64,000 bases of DNA, from positions 128,001 to 192,000 of the forward strand of contig CAWDKY010000014.1 in the NCBI GenBank assembly GCA_963802945.1, read 5' to 3'. Every line of letters begins with the position of its first letter. Within the stretch, counting starts at the first letter, position 1. Positions 10,016 through 20,240 of the stretch are shown here, piece by piece. The stretch is from an uncultured delta proteobacterium (lineage in GTDB: Bacteria > Desulfobacterota > RBG-13-43-22). The notes below the pieces were generated by a model. That model searched no databases and was not told where the DNA came from. It was given only the letters and a program-made list of their open reading frames with translations. Position numbers and translations under genes: made by a program.

Positions 10016-10979
10016 ATGAAAGCAGCCGTTTATTATGAGACCGGTGGCCCCAATGTCTTTAAATATGAAGAAGTCCCGGATCCGATATGCGGGCCCCGGG
10101 ATGTTGTCGTTGATATTAAAGCCATTTCCATCGAAGGCGGTGATGTGCTCAATCGGGCTGGAGGACTTGTGCCCGATGTTCCCCATATTGTGGGTTATGA
10201 CGCCGCAGGTATTATCAGTCAAGTGGGGGCCAAGGTGACCAATCGCCAAATAGGACAGAGGGTGACAACGTTGAATCCCTTCGGCTCCCATGCGGAAAAA
10301 AGAGCAGCGGCGGCTATCACCTCCTGGATCATCCCCGACAAGGTGTCCTTTGAAGAAGCGGCTTGTGTGCCGGTGACTTTCGGAACGGCCCATGATTGCC
10401 TGTTTGAATTCGGCCGTTTGAAGGCTGGAGAGACGGTTTTAATCCAGGCCGGAGCCAGCGGTGTAGGGTTAGCGGCTATCCAGTTGGCCAAGAGGGCTGG
10501 TGCGAAGGTGTTGGCCACTGCTTCCAGCGATCAACGGTTGGAGCGGTTGAAGGAATACGGCCTGGATGAAGGAATCAATTACGCTGAAAAGGATCTGGTG
10601 TCCGAAGTCAGACGATTGACCGACAATCAGGGCGTGGATTTGGTAGTCGATGGGGTTGGAGGAAAAGTCCTCCAGAAAAGCATCGAGGCTGCCCGTGCTC
10701 GCGGTCGTATCATCACCTTCGGCCAGGCCGGGCGCGGCTCTTGGAAAATAGATGTCAGCGGCCTGCCGTTAGGCAATAAAACGCTGACCGGGGTCTATCT
10801 GGGGGCCGAGATCGCCACCGACGCGGGCGCAAAAAATGATCAACCAAATATTAGAGAATATCGCCGCCGGTGCCATTAAAGTGCCTATCGATCGGACATT
10901 CCCCCTATCTCAGGCGGCTGAAGCCCATGCCTACATCGAGAGTCGGCAGGCTGTTGGACGGGTGCTTTTGATTCCTTAA
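10016..10979 (+). CDS. NADPH:quinone oxidoreductase (MDR family), apparent +1 frameshift near 10822
   Basis: MKAAVY, AGASGVG; the normal C-terminus (IDRTFPLSQAAEAHAYIESRQAVGRVLLIP*) continues in another frame. Confidence 0.85.
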
Positions 10980-11342
10980 AGGGCTTTAGCTCTTAATTTG
11001 ACGGATAAAGGACCGAAGGTAGGTCAAAGACTACTTTGATCTCATGGGTGTTCCTATGGATGAAGCGGATTTTCTGGAGCACCCCGGCTGCTGCGATTGG
11101 TACGACACCGATGTTTCCCAGGACATCCTGCACTACCAGAATACCTCCTATCCGGATCATCTGGACCGGCTCCGAAAAGAAGTGGAACAAATGATGGAGG
11201 AGTGATCCTGGGTCGAGAAAAGGCCGCCGATTTCAAAAAATCCTGTTCAAAAAAATCCTTGACATACATGAGTAACTTATATAACAGTTCCTTTTAAAAG
11301 GAAAAATCTGAATTTAGATATTTAAGGCAAGAGTATAAAGAG

Positions 11343-11401
11343 AAAGCCGTGGTAGACAATGAGCACTCAATTGAAGTGGTTTTTTCTATCAGGGCTTTTT
11401 T
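11343..11401 (+). terminator. Terminator-like hairpin in the 5' leader of the first membrane hydrolase
   Basis: AAAGCCGTGGTAGA pairs with TCTATCAGGGCTTT, followed by a T run; TTGACA at 11259 upstream. Confidence 0.5.
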
Positions 11402-11671
11402 GTTTTTTGAGGGATAAAGTGAGTGCAAACATTGTAAAAGCTAAAAGCTTAAAAGCCTAAAAACGGATTTGATTACTTAAGGCGCACAAGCAGGTAATGG
11501 TTTGAAAATAATAACGAAAGGAGGTTAGAGAAAAGAACGAAAAGGTATAGGCCTTGTCCCGATGAGATATCTTTTGAAGGCTGCTTTTTTTATTGTTGTC
11601 TGGGTGTTATGAAAACAGGTCATTGAGTCTTTGGGTGAATAACAACCTTTTCCTTTAAAAGGAGGTTTTTT

Positions 11672-13468
11672 ATGAGTTCAAATTCCAAAAAACTGTTTAA
11701 TTGGCCTATGGTGATTGCCCTGATACTCATTTTGGGAGGGGGGGTTTTTGCCTATCTGGTCCAGACAGGTGGTGGCGACATCGCCATCCGAGATGTCCGA
11801 TTTATGGGGGCTAACAATACCATGATGAGTGCATTACTCTATATACCCAAGGGAGTAGATGCCAAACATAAAGCCCCGGGTATTTTAGCCATCCACGGGT
11901 ATATTAATTCCCGTGAGACGCAGGACGGCTTTGCTATTGAATTTGCTCGTCGAGGATATGTTGTCCTGGCCCTGGATCAGACAGGCCATGGATATTCCGA
12001 TCCCCCGGCCTTGTCCAATGGTTTTGGTGGCCCAGATGGGCTGAAATATTTGCGGTCACTGGATATGGTTGACCTTGACAACATAGGGCTGGAAGGACAC
12101 TCCATGGGGGGTTGGGCCATCGGTATTGCTATGGGCCTGATGAAGGATGGTTACAAGTCTTGTGTTTTGGCCAGCACCTCTACCGGAACTTATGGCGCTC
12201 CGGATGGTACTCCGACTTTTCCGCGAAACATGGGCCTCATCTACGCCAAGTATGACGAGTTTTCACAGTTAATGTGGAATTCTCCGATTCCCAGGGATGC
12301 TGTTAAAGGCGACAAGATGAAAAAGGTTTTCGGTACCACGGAAGATGTGGTGGTTGGAAAGCTTTATGGCTCCATTGAAGATGGCACCGCCCGGAAGCTG
12401 TATCAACCTTCCACGACCCACGCCCGAGTCCATCTCTCCAGAGTGGGCATCGGTGATGCCGTTGAATGGTTCCAGATGACTTTGAAAGGGGGGAAAAACC
12501 TGCCCCCATCGAACCAGACCTGGTACTGGAAAGAGTTTTTTAACTTAGTGGCCTTGGTCGGGATGGTCATCCTGCTTGTAGCCTTGGGAGGATACCTGCT
12601 CAAGACCGATTATTTTAAAGAGCTCCAAGAGGAACCTGCTCCCCAAAAATCCCTATCCGGAGGAGGATGGTGGGGCAATGCGGTGATCATGGTATTCCTG
12701 CCGCTCGTAATGTATTTGTGGGCCTGGATATATCATTGGAACAGCAAAGGGTTAGCCAAACCCACCTTCATATGGCCGGAGCAAATTACAACGGTCATTA
12801 TGTTTTGGGCTTTTGGCGTGGCCATCATTTCGCTGATTCTCTTCTTGGTGTGGTATTTCCTGACCAAAGAGAAATCGGGAGCCACCTTGGTTAATTTTGG
12901 TTTGACCTGGAAGGATGCAGGACTGCAATGGGGGAAAATCGGTAGGTCGTTTCTGCTGTCCTTCATTGTGATCTTCGTTGCCCATCTGACATTGGCTATC
13001 TCGACCTGGTGGTTTCAGACGGACTACCGTTTTTGGGTCTTTGCCATAAAGCCGCTGGATGCTCTTCATTTCGGCATCACTCTGGGTTATATCATCCCCT
13101 TTCTCTTCTATTTTATTATACTGGGGATTGTATTGCACGGGCAGATGCGACTGGGAAAACCTGATGCACCCCTGGGCATGGGAAAAGAGACGATTATCAA
13201 TATACTCCTACTGATCGTCGGATATTTCATTTTTCTGGCTTACCATTATATCCCGCTTTTTGCCGGTGGGACACTGGGATTTACAGACCGTTCCGCAGCG
13301 TTATTTGGTATCGTCATGTTCCAGTATATTCCTATATTCGCTATCGTAGGGTGGGTCTCAACCTATTTCTATCGAAAAACAGGTCACATCTATGTGGGCG
13401 CCTTTTTGTGCGCCATGCTGATTACCTGGATCATCGTATCAGGCCAGGCGATTCATTTTAAGTACTGA
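11672..13468 (+). CDS. Membrane-bound alpha/beta hydrolase (paralog 1)
   Basis: N-terminal TM, HGY oxyanion motif, GHSMG nucleophile elbow, about 8 C-terminal TM helices; AGGAGG RBS. Confidence 0.85.
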   Translation: MSSNSKKLFNWPMVIALILILGGGVFAYLVQTGGGDIAIRDVRFMGANNTMMSALLYIPKGVDAKHKAPGILAIHGYINSRETQDGFAIEFARRGYVVLALDQTGHGYSDPPALSNGFGGPDGLKYLRSLDMVDLDNIGLEGHSMGGWAIGIAMGLMKDGYKSCVLASTSTGTYGAPDGTPTFPRNMGLIYAKYDEFSQLMWNSPIPRDAVKGDKMKKVFGTTEDVVVGKLYGSIEDGTARKLYQPSTTHARVHLSRVGIGDAVEWFQMTLKGGKNLPPSNQTWYWKEFFNLVALVGMVILLVALGGYLLKTDYFKELQEEPAPQKSLSGGGWWGNAVIMVFLPLVMYLWAWIYHWNSKGLAKPTFIWPEQITTVIMFWAFGVAIISLILFLVWYFLTKEKSGATLVNFGLTWKDAGLQWGKIGRSFLLSFIVIFVAHLTLAISTWWFQTDYRFWVFAIKPLDALHFGITLGYIIPFLFYFIILGIVLHGQMRLGKPDAPLGMGKETIINILLLIVGYFIFLAYHYIPLFAGGTLGFTDRSAALFGIVMFQYIPIFAIVGWVSTYFYRKTGHIYVGAFLCAMLITWIIVSGQAIHFKY

Positions 13469-13476
13469 GTAAGTCT

Positions 13477-13559
13477 TCAGGGTCAGCCCTTGACGTGTAA
13501 GGCGTTTAGTCGGTTTTGTAAGGTATATGAGAAATAAAAAAGTCAAGGGCTGACCCTGA
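13477..13559. repeat. REP-like inverted repeat downstream of paralog 1
   Basis: 18-bp perfect IR TCAGGGTCAGCCCTTGAC...GTCAAGGGCTGACCCTGA; second copy at 15800-15871. Confidence 0.8.
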
Positions 13560-13578
13560 TCCTTCCTTTTACAATTGA

Positions 13579-13712
13579 TTGATTTTAAATCCATTAACAG
13601 GTAAAATATTTATGGTTAAATAGCTTAGCTTTCTTGTTGGCAACTCACACCCTTAGGAGTTCCAATGAAAGAACATTAAACCCCATTTCTTTATAAAGAA
13701 GTGGGGTTTCCT
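13579..13712 (+). promoter_or_regulatory. sigma70 promoter plus two-hairpin structured leader (copy B)
   Basis: TTGATT-17 nt-TAAAAT; hairpin 13629-13671; hairpin AAACCCCATTTCTTT/AAAGAAGTGGGGTTT; homologous to 1036-1115 on the minus strand. Confidence 0.6.
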
Positions 13713-13994
13713 TATTCAGCAATATTGGAAAAATAGTCAAGTCGGGTCCAACGAGAATTGGAGATTTCTATAACTGAGATCTCTCGACAGGTAGAGGTTG
13801 GAACAACCGGGGTGGCCATGGCGACTAAAATGGTGGGGCGGAAAACTTAAGTGAATGAAGTGGACAACGTCCCCTTCTGCGTCTGCGTGGTCTTTTCTGT
13901 CAGGGCTTTTTTTATTGGAAAAACAAAATTGGATCTGAGGGGAAAGGAGTATAACACTCATTTACTGATAACCATTAAATATTAAGGAGGTCTT

Positions 13995-15788
13995 ATGAAA
14001 GAGACAATTGACAAGAAGCCATTAACCCTTTTAGTATTTGCCTTAATATTAATCCTGGTAGGAGGCCTTTTGGCCTACTGCATCCAAACCAGCGGAGGTG
14101 TTTCAATTAAAGATGTACGGTTTGTGGGTAGTGAAGGAAAATTGGTCAGCGCCCTCCTTTACGTTCCGAACGGAGTAACTCCACAAAAGCCGGCACCGGC
14201 CATCGTCGCTACACATGGTTATATCAACTCCCGAGAAACCCAAGACGGGTTTGCCATTGAATTTGCCAGACGCGGTTTTGTCGTTCTGGCCCCTGATCAA
14301 CCCGGACATGGTTTTTCCGATCCACCGTGCTATGTCAACGGTTTTGGTGGCCTGGACACCCTGAAATATTTGCGAACGTTGGACATCGTTGATCCCAACA
14401 ATATCGGTCTGGAAGGTCATTCCATGGGAGGCTGGGCATCGGTGATTGCCGCCGGAGCAAACAAAGATGGGTATAAATCTTTGGTCCTGGCAGATTCTTC
14501 AACCGGAACATTGGGGGCCCCAAATGGAACTGCGGATTTTCCGCGCAACATGGCTCTCATCTTCGCCAAATATGATGAGTTTGCCCCTTTCATGTGGGGT
14601 TCGCTAATTCCGGCGGATATCGTAAAAACAGACAAACTTAAGAAAGCTTTTGGAACTACAGAAACCGTAGAAGTCGGTAAACTGTATGGTTCCATCGAGA
14701 AGGGCACAGCCAGAAAGCTTTATCAGCCGAACATGACCCATGCCCGCGTGCATTTCTCCATAGCGGGCATTGGGGATGCCGTTGAATGGATGCAGGCCAC
14801 CTTGAAAGGCGGCAAGAACATACCCCCGTCCAATCAGATTTGGTACTGGAAAGAGCTCGGCAACTTGATCGCCTTGATCGGAATGGTCATTCTCCTCATG
14901 GCCCTGGGGGGATATTTGCTTAAAACCGATTACTTTAAAGAGCTCCAAGAGGAACCCGCCCCGAAAAAATCCATGTCCGGAGTAGGATGGTGGATCGGTG
15001 CGGCGATCATGGTGCTTCTGCCGATTTTTCTCTATTGGTGGGCCTGGTGGCAGCATTACGACAGCAATGGGATAGCCAAAGCCTCTTTTATATGGCCGGA
15101 GCAGCTTACCAACGTCATTATGTTCTGGGCCCTTGGTGTGGCTGTGGTTTCGCTGGTGCTTTTCCTTATATGGTATTTCTCGACCAAAAAGAAATCGAAG
15201 GCCACTATGGCCGATTATGGTCTGACTTGGAAGGATAAAGGTCTGAAATGGGGGAAGATCGGCAAGTCCTTCCTGCTGGCTTTCGTTATTGTCTTTATTG
15301 CCCATCTCACCTTAATTATCTCAACCTGGTTGTTTCAAACGGACTACCGTATTTGGGTCTTTGCCGTAAAGCCGCTGGATGCTCTTCATTTCGGCATCTC
15401 TCTGGGTTATGTCATCCCCTTTCTTTTCTATTTTCTCGTTTTGGGGATTGTCTTGCACGGGCAGATGCGCCCGGGTAAACCTGATGCGGTCATAGGAATT
15501 GGAAAAGAAACCATCATCAATATCATCCTGCTGATTCTCGGTTATTTTATTTTTCTGGCCTACCACTATATTCCGCTTTTTGCCGGTGGGACGCTGGGAA
15601 TAAAATTGGGATCCATGATGTTGGGTGGTATCGTTATGTTCCAGTATATTCCCATATTTGCCATCGTCGGCTTGGTTACAACCTATTTCTATCGAAAAAC
15701 AGGTCATATCTATGTGGGCGCCTTTTTGTGCGCCATGCTGATTACCTGGATCATCGTAGCTGGCCAGGCGGTTCATTTTTTCTACTAA
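13995..15788 (+). CDS. Membrane-bound alpha/beta hydrolase (paralog 2)
   Basis: Same architecture as 11672-13468; HGYINSRETQDGFAIEFARRG and GHSMGG identical. Confidence 0.85.
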   Translation: MKETIDKKPLTLLVFALILILVGGLLAYCIQTSGGVSIKDVRFVGSEGKLVSALLYVPNGVTPQKPAPAIVATHGYINSRETQDGFAIEFARRGFVVLAPDQPGHGFSDPPCYVNGFGGLDTLKYLRTLDIVDPNNIGLEGHSMGGWASVIAAGANKDGYKSLVLADSSTGTLGAPNGTADFPRNMALIFAKYDEFAPFMWGSLIPADIVKTDKLKKAFGTTETVEVGKLYGSIEKGTARKLYQPNMTHARVHFSIAGIGDAVEWMQATLKGGKNIPPSNQIWYWKELGNLIALIGMVILLMALGGYLLKTDYFKELQEEPAPKKSMSGVGWWIGAAIMVLLPIFLYWWAWWQHYDSNGIAKASFIWPEQLTNVIMFWALGVAVVSLVLFLIWYFSTKKKSKATMADYGLTWKDKGLKWGKIGKSFLLAFVIVFIAHLTLIISTWLFQTDYRIWVFAVKPLDALHFGISLGYVIPFLFYFLVLGIVLHGQMRPGKPDAVIGIGKETIINIILLILGYFIFLAYHYIPLFAGGTLGIKLGSMMLGGIVMFQYIPIFAIVGLVTTYFYRKTGHIYVGAFLCAMLITWIIVAGQAVHFFY

Positions 15789-15799
15789 GTAAGCCTTCT

Positions 15800-15871
15800 G
15801 GGTCAGTCCTTGACGTGTAATGCCCTTGCCCGATGTTGCAAGGTGTGAAAAAAAAAGTCAAGGGCTGACCC
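15800..15871. repeat. REP-like inverted repeat downstream of paralog 2
   Basis: GGGTCAGTCCTTGAC...GTCAAGGGCTGACCC. Confidence 0.75.
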
Positions 15872-15933
15872 TTATACCTCCCTGGTATTTTGTTTCAGAA
15901 GATAACATCCGTTACCCTAAAGGAGAATCAAAG

Positions 15934-16923
15934 ATGACCAGAGAATTCACTCCTGAATCCATCTATGGCCTGGCGCGAAGTTTTATGGAATGCCGCCTGC
16001 TGTTAACGGGTGTAGAGCTAAACCTCTTCAGCCTGGTTGCTTCAGCTCTCTTAACAGCGGAAGGGATTGCGGGTGAAATAAAAGGCGATCTCAGGGCTAC
16101 AACCATCCTGCTGGATGCCCTCAGTGCTTTGGGATTCCTGGAAAAGCATGATAATCATTACCGGACCGTTCCCTCCCTTATCCTTCTATTATCTGAATCC
16201 GATCCCCAATCCATTCTGCCGGGCCTTATGCATACGGCTCACCTCTGGCAGACATGGTCCAAGCTTACGGATGTCGTGCTTAGGGGCGGACCGACCAAGA
16301 GAAATGGGTCCGGCTTTACCGATGATCGTCTGTCAGCCTTTATCGGGGCTATGCACGTAGGCGCGGCCGGAGCTGCCGACGGTATCGTGGCGGCGATTTC
16401 ACCCGGCCCGGCAAAAGCCATCATTGATATCGGAGGTGGTTCCGGCACGTACACCATTGCTTTCCTCAAGGCCTCCCCAAAAATGAAAGCTACACTTTTT
16501 GATCTGCCGCCGGTTATTGAAATGGCCCGAAAACGGATTACGCAGGCGGGTATGCAGGATCGTGTTACTTTGGTCCCTGGTGATTTCTACAAAGATGCCC
16601 TCCCATCAGGTCATGATCTAGCCCTATTGTCGGCGATTATTCATCAAAACAGTCCTGAGCAAAATCGCGCCTTATATCAAAATATTTTTCAGGCCCTGGA
16701 TTCCGGGGGCCGCATTATCATACGGGATCATGTAATGGAACCGGATCGCACCAGGCCTGTTTCCGGGGCGATTTTTGCGGTCAACATGCTGGTCAACACT
16801 CCCGGAGGAGGGACCTATACCTTTGAGGAGATCAGAGAGGGCTTGACCAAGGCCAAGTTTGATCGAGTGAAACAACTACAAACACAAGGGATGTTTTCCC
16901 TGGTCGAGGCCTTTAAGCCTTAA
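15934..16923 (+). CDS. SAM-dependent O-methyltransferase (Methyltransf_2 with dimerisation domain)
   Basis: DIGGGSG, FDLP, GDFY motifs; ATG 15934 after AGGAG. Confidence 0.9.
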   Translation: MTREFTPESIYGLARSFMECRLLLTGVELNLFSLVASALLTAEGIAGEIKGDLRATTILLDALSALGFLEKHDNHYRTVPSLILLLSESDPQSILPGLMHTAHLWQTWSKLTDVVLRGGPTKRNGSGFTDDRLSAFIGAMHVGAAGAADGIVAAISPGPAKAIIDIGGGSGTYTIAFLKASPKMKATLFDLPPVIEMARKRITQAGMQDRVTLVPGDFYKDALPSGHDLALLSAIIHQNSPEQNRALYQNIFQALDSGGRIIIRDHVMEPDRTRPVSGAIFAVNMLVNTPGGGTYTFEEIREGLTKAKFDRVKQLQTQGMFSLVEAFKP

Positions 16924-16946
16924 AAGCGGAAAAGATATTGGAAATG

Positions 16947-18581
16947 TTAGGGGGCCATCCTAGAAAGATCGGTAGGGACGGTACGGAGCGACAGGGGTTC
17001 AACCAATTTTGAAATCTCGATGTTTTTCAGCCAGAGCTTGTTGTTCTCCTCCGGATAATCGGACCGGTAATGGGCGCCTCTGCTCTCGGTCCTTTTAAGG
17101 GAGGAGCGCACTACCATGTCCGAGACCTTTAACATATTCTCCAATTCAAAGGCACCAAAAAGATCTTGGGCACTGCTGATGGAGATCATTTTAAACCGTG
17201 CTTTCAGATCGGTGATCTTATCAAGAGCTGTTTGAAGCCCTTCTTCATTTCTTATGATTCCTACCTTGTTCCACATGGTGGTTTTTAGAAGATGCCCTAT
17301 TTCTTTGATCCCTTCCCCTCCGTCTGAGGAGGCCATCGCCCTGAGCCGGTCCACCTCTTTGGAAATTTCTTTTTGGGCCTCAGGGGCTTTTTTTTCTGCC
17401 CTGGCCCTTTGAGCCGCTTTCTGACCGGCGATTTTTCCGAAAACAAAAGTCTCGGCCAGGGCATTGCCTCCAAGCCTGTTCGCTCCGTTGACACCGGCAC
17501 AGACTTCTCCGGCCGCGTAAAGACGGTCAATTCCGGTTTCGGTCCCTTCATCAATTTTCGCCCCGCCCATAAAAAAGTGGGCATAGAGACCGACAGGGAA
17601 ATGCCTTTTGTCCGGCGGGGTGTTTTTAGGCAATAGAACGCTTAATTTCTCAAACCGCCCCGCATCTAAAGGCGTGGTGTCCAGAGTCAGGGTTTCTCCG
17701 TCATTGGAATGGCCGGCCTGGATTTCCAGCATGATGGCCCTGGAGATGGCATCCCGGGTCATCTTGACCGGGTCGCTTATAGCGTACTTTTCCAGAATAT
17801 TCTCCTCCAGAGCGTTTCGGATAACCGCTCCCTCTCGGGCACAGAACATTTCGGCGTTGGGGCCGGAAACGGAAAACTGTACAAACTCCATATCCATCAT
17901 GGGAACTCCTACCTCAAAGGCCAGAACATAGCCATCACCAGTGGAGCCCGCCGCATTGCTGGTTCGGAGATAAATTTGTCCTCCTCCTCCCAAGGCTAAA
18001 ACGATCGATCGGGCCTTGAAAATATAAACACCGCCGGCCTCATCCAGACCCACAGCCCCGGTCGCTTCATTTCCTTGAACCAGAAGCCCGGTAATCAGCA
18101 CACCCGACCTATGGGCAATACCTTTATTTATCGCGTAATCTCGCAAGGGCAGGGTGAGATCAGTGCCGACCGCCTTATCGCCAAAGACATTCCTGGGATG
18201 GGTATGCCCGGCCATAAGTGCCATATGAAAGGTTTCTCCCTGCTTTCTAAATCGAACCCCGAAGCTTTCCAGTTCCAGCACCAGCGGTCCGATCTCTTGA
18301 GTCAACACTTCAACCAGACGCTGGTTGTTCATGTACCTTCCCCCGATGATGGTGTCCTTGAAATGCAAAGCCGGGGAATCCGCAGGCACCCTCCACCCGG
18401 TGCCCGCGGCAATGCCGCTGCCCGATATGGCGGTATTGTTTCCCAGCCCGATTTTGGACTTGGAGATCAGCAGCACTTCGGCCCCGAATTTTCTGGCCTC
18501 GATGGCCGCTCTAAGTCCTGCCGCCCCGCTTCCAAGAATCAGGACCTCGGTTTCGATTGTTTGAGGGATTTTCAACTCCAT
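16947..18581 (-). CDS. Succinate dehydrogenase/fumarate reductase flavoprotein-like FAD oxidoreductase
   Basis: GSGAAG, STGDG, DMEFVQF, HFFMGG, GANRLGGNAL, RTESRGAHYR. Confidence 0.85.
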   Translation of the reverse strand: MELKIPQTIETEVLILGSGAAGLRAAIEARKFGAEVLLISKSKIGLGNNTAISGSGIAAGTGWRVPADSPALHFKDTIIGGRYMNNQRLVEVLTQEIGPLVLELESFGVRFRKQGETFHMALMAGHTHPRNVFGDKAVGTDLTLPLRDYAINKGIAHRSGVLITGLLVQGNEATGAVGLDEAGGVYIFKARSIVLALGGGGQIYLRTSNAAGSTGDGYVLAFEVGVPMMDMEFVQFSVSGPNAEMFCAREGAVIRNALEENILEKYAISDPVKMTRDAISRAIMLEIQAGHSNDGETLTLDTTPLDAGRFEKLSVLLPKNTPPDKRHFPVGLYAHFFMGGAKIDEGTETGIDRLYAAGEVCAGVNGANRLGGNALAETFVFGKIAGQKAAQRARAEKKAPEAQKEISKEVDRLRAMASSDGGEGIKEIGHLLKTTMWNKVGIIRNEEGLQTALDKITDLKARFKMISISSAQDLFGAFELENMLKVSDMVVRSSLKRTESRGAHYRSDYPEENNKLWLKNIEISKLVEPLSLRTVPTDLSRMAP

Positions 18582-18851
18582 ATTTTTCTCCTTAAAAAAA
18601 TTATCTCCCACATCTATTTTTTATCGAAGTAATTTTTACACGGATGACTGAAGGAAAGCAAAAGAAAACTAGTGATCAAAAAGTAGTCACAGCACCTATT
18701 TAGTATCAGCGAAAAGAAACGAGAAGAGGATAAAGGGGAAAATCCTTTGTATTTAAAATATGTTATTTTAAACTATCATTTTCCCCTTGCCTTTTTCTTG
18801 AAAATTGACCAAAACATTATTGTAAAAAAGCTTTGACTTCCCTATCAGGTG

Positions 18852-19001
18852 TGACGGCTCCGCAAAAATCCACCCTTTTTGTCATTCCTGCCAAAACAGG
18901 AATCCAGGAAGATGAAGTAGTTTTGGACCCCTGCGCCTGCCCCGGACGAGATCCGGGGTTCTCAGGGATGACGGTCTAGGTGGTATTTGGCCCATTCATC
19001 A
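18852..19001. repeat. REP/MITE-like composite (GTCATTCC...GGATGAC type with nested palindrome)
   Basis: GTCATTCCTGCCAAAACAGGAATCCA...TGGACCCCTG[CCCCGGACGAGATCCGGGG]...CAGGGATGAC. Confidence 0.65.
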
Positions 19002-19047
19002 GGAACAGGGAAGCTTGAGAAGTTAAACTAACGAAGGAGGAAGATAG

Positions 19048-20157
19048 ATGGCTGATTTTACATTAGATGAAGACCAGAAGCAGATTCAAGACATGATGCG
19101 CAAATTTGCCGAGAAGGAGCTGAGGCCGATGGCCCGGGATTGCGATGAGAAAGACGAGCTGCCGGCCGAGCTTTTGGCCAAGGTCTGGGAGCTGGGATTT
19201 TGTCCCAATATTATTCCCGAGAAATTTGGGGGATACGAGATGGGCCGCTCGGCGCTCAATGCGGCCATTATGGCCGAAGAACTGGCCTGGGGGGATGTTA
19301 GTCTGTCCATAGGGGCCTTATCACCCCTGTTGATGGCCATACCGGTTCTGGAATATGGGACCGAGGAACAGAAAGAGGAATGGCTGCCTAAGTTTTGCGG
19401 AGAGAAGTTTTTTCCGGCGACTGCGGCCTTGATGGAGAAGCGGATCACCTTTGAACCGACCATACTGCATACCACGGTGGAGATGCAGAAGGATGTGATG
19501 GTTGTGAACGGGGCCAAATGCATGGTGCCGTTAGCCGACCAGGCGGAACAGATCCTGGTGTATGCCGCCACGGCCAAAGGGGCCGGGGCAGCGGCCATCG
19601 AAGCGATTATTGTGGACAAAAACACGCCAGGGGTGAGTGTAGGGGAACGGGAGAAGAACATGGGTTTCAAGCCATTGCCTCTTTTTCCGGTCACTTTCAA
19701 GGATGTTGAGGTACCCATTGCCCGGCGGCTGGGGGGGGATAAAGGGATCAACTTCATGAGACTTTTGAATCTCTCCCGGGCCAATCTGTGTGCCATGGCC
19801 GTGGGGGTATCGCGGGCCTCGAATGAGTATGCGATCAAATATGCCAAGGAGCGAATTGCCTTTGGGGAGCCGATAGCCAGCCGGCAGGCGGTGGCCTGGA
19901 TGCTGGGGGAATCGGCCATCGAAGTGGCCGGGATGCGGTTGATGGTCTGGCGGACGGCCTGGCGGCTGGACCGGCAAGAGGATGCGACCCGGGACGCTGG
20001 ACTGACCAAGATGTATTGTGCCGACAAGACGATGCTGATCACGGATTACGGGGTACAGGTTTTGGGCGGACATGGATATATACGCGAACATCCGGTGGAG
20101 TTATGGTTCAGGAACGGCCGTGGTTTTGACACCATGGAAGGACTGGCCATCGGCTGA
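19048..20157 (+). CDS. Acyl-CoA dehydrogenase (FadE24-like partner)
   Basis: EELAWGD, YAKERIAFGEPI, QVLGGHGYIREHPVE; ends shortly after MEG. Confidence 0.9.
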   Translation: MADFTLDEDQKQIQDMMRKFAEKELRPMARDCDEKDELPAELLAKVWELGFCPNIIPEKFGGYEMGRSALNAAIMAEELAWGDVSLSIGALSPLLMAIPVLEYGTEEQKEEWLPKFCGEKFFPATAALMEKRITFEPTILHTTVEMQKDVMVVNGAKCMVPLADQAEQILVYAATAKGAGAAAIEAIIVDKNTPGVSVGEREKNMGFKPLPLFPVTFKDVEVPIARRLGGDKGINFMRLLNLSRANLCAMAVGVSRASNEYAIKYAKERIAFGEPIASRQAVAWMLGESAIEVAGMRLMVWRTAWRLDRQEDATRDAGLTKMYCADKTMLITDYGVQVLGGHGYIREHPVELWFRNGRGFDTMEGLAIG

Positions 20158-20240
20158 TCAAAGAAGAAAAATACAGAACTATACCCTGATATCATACAGA
20201 ACGAAGCTGAAACAGGCTTCCAGCAATAAGGAGGAAGAAC

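Noticed and set aside
19086-20042. Long antisense ORFs (also 14604-15305, 27760-28578, 30888-31793, 36137-36961)
   Set aside because: They lie opposite well-conserved genes and are expected from codon bias.
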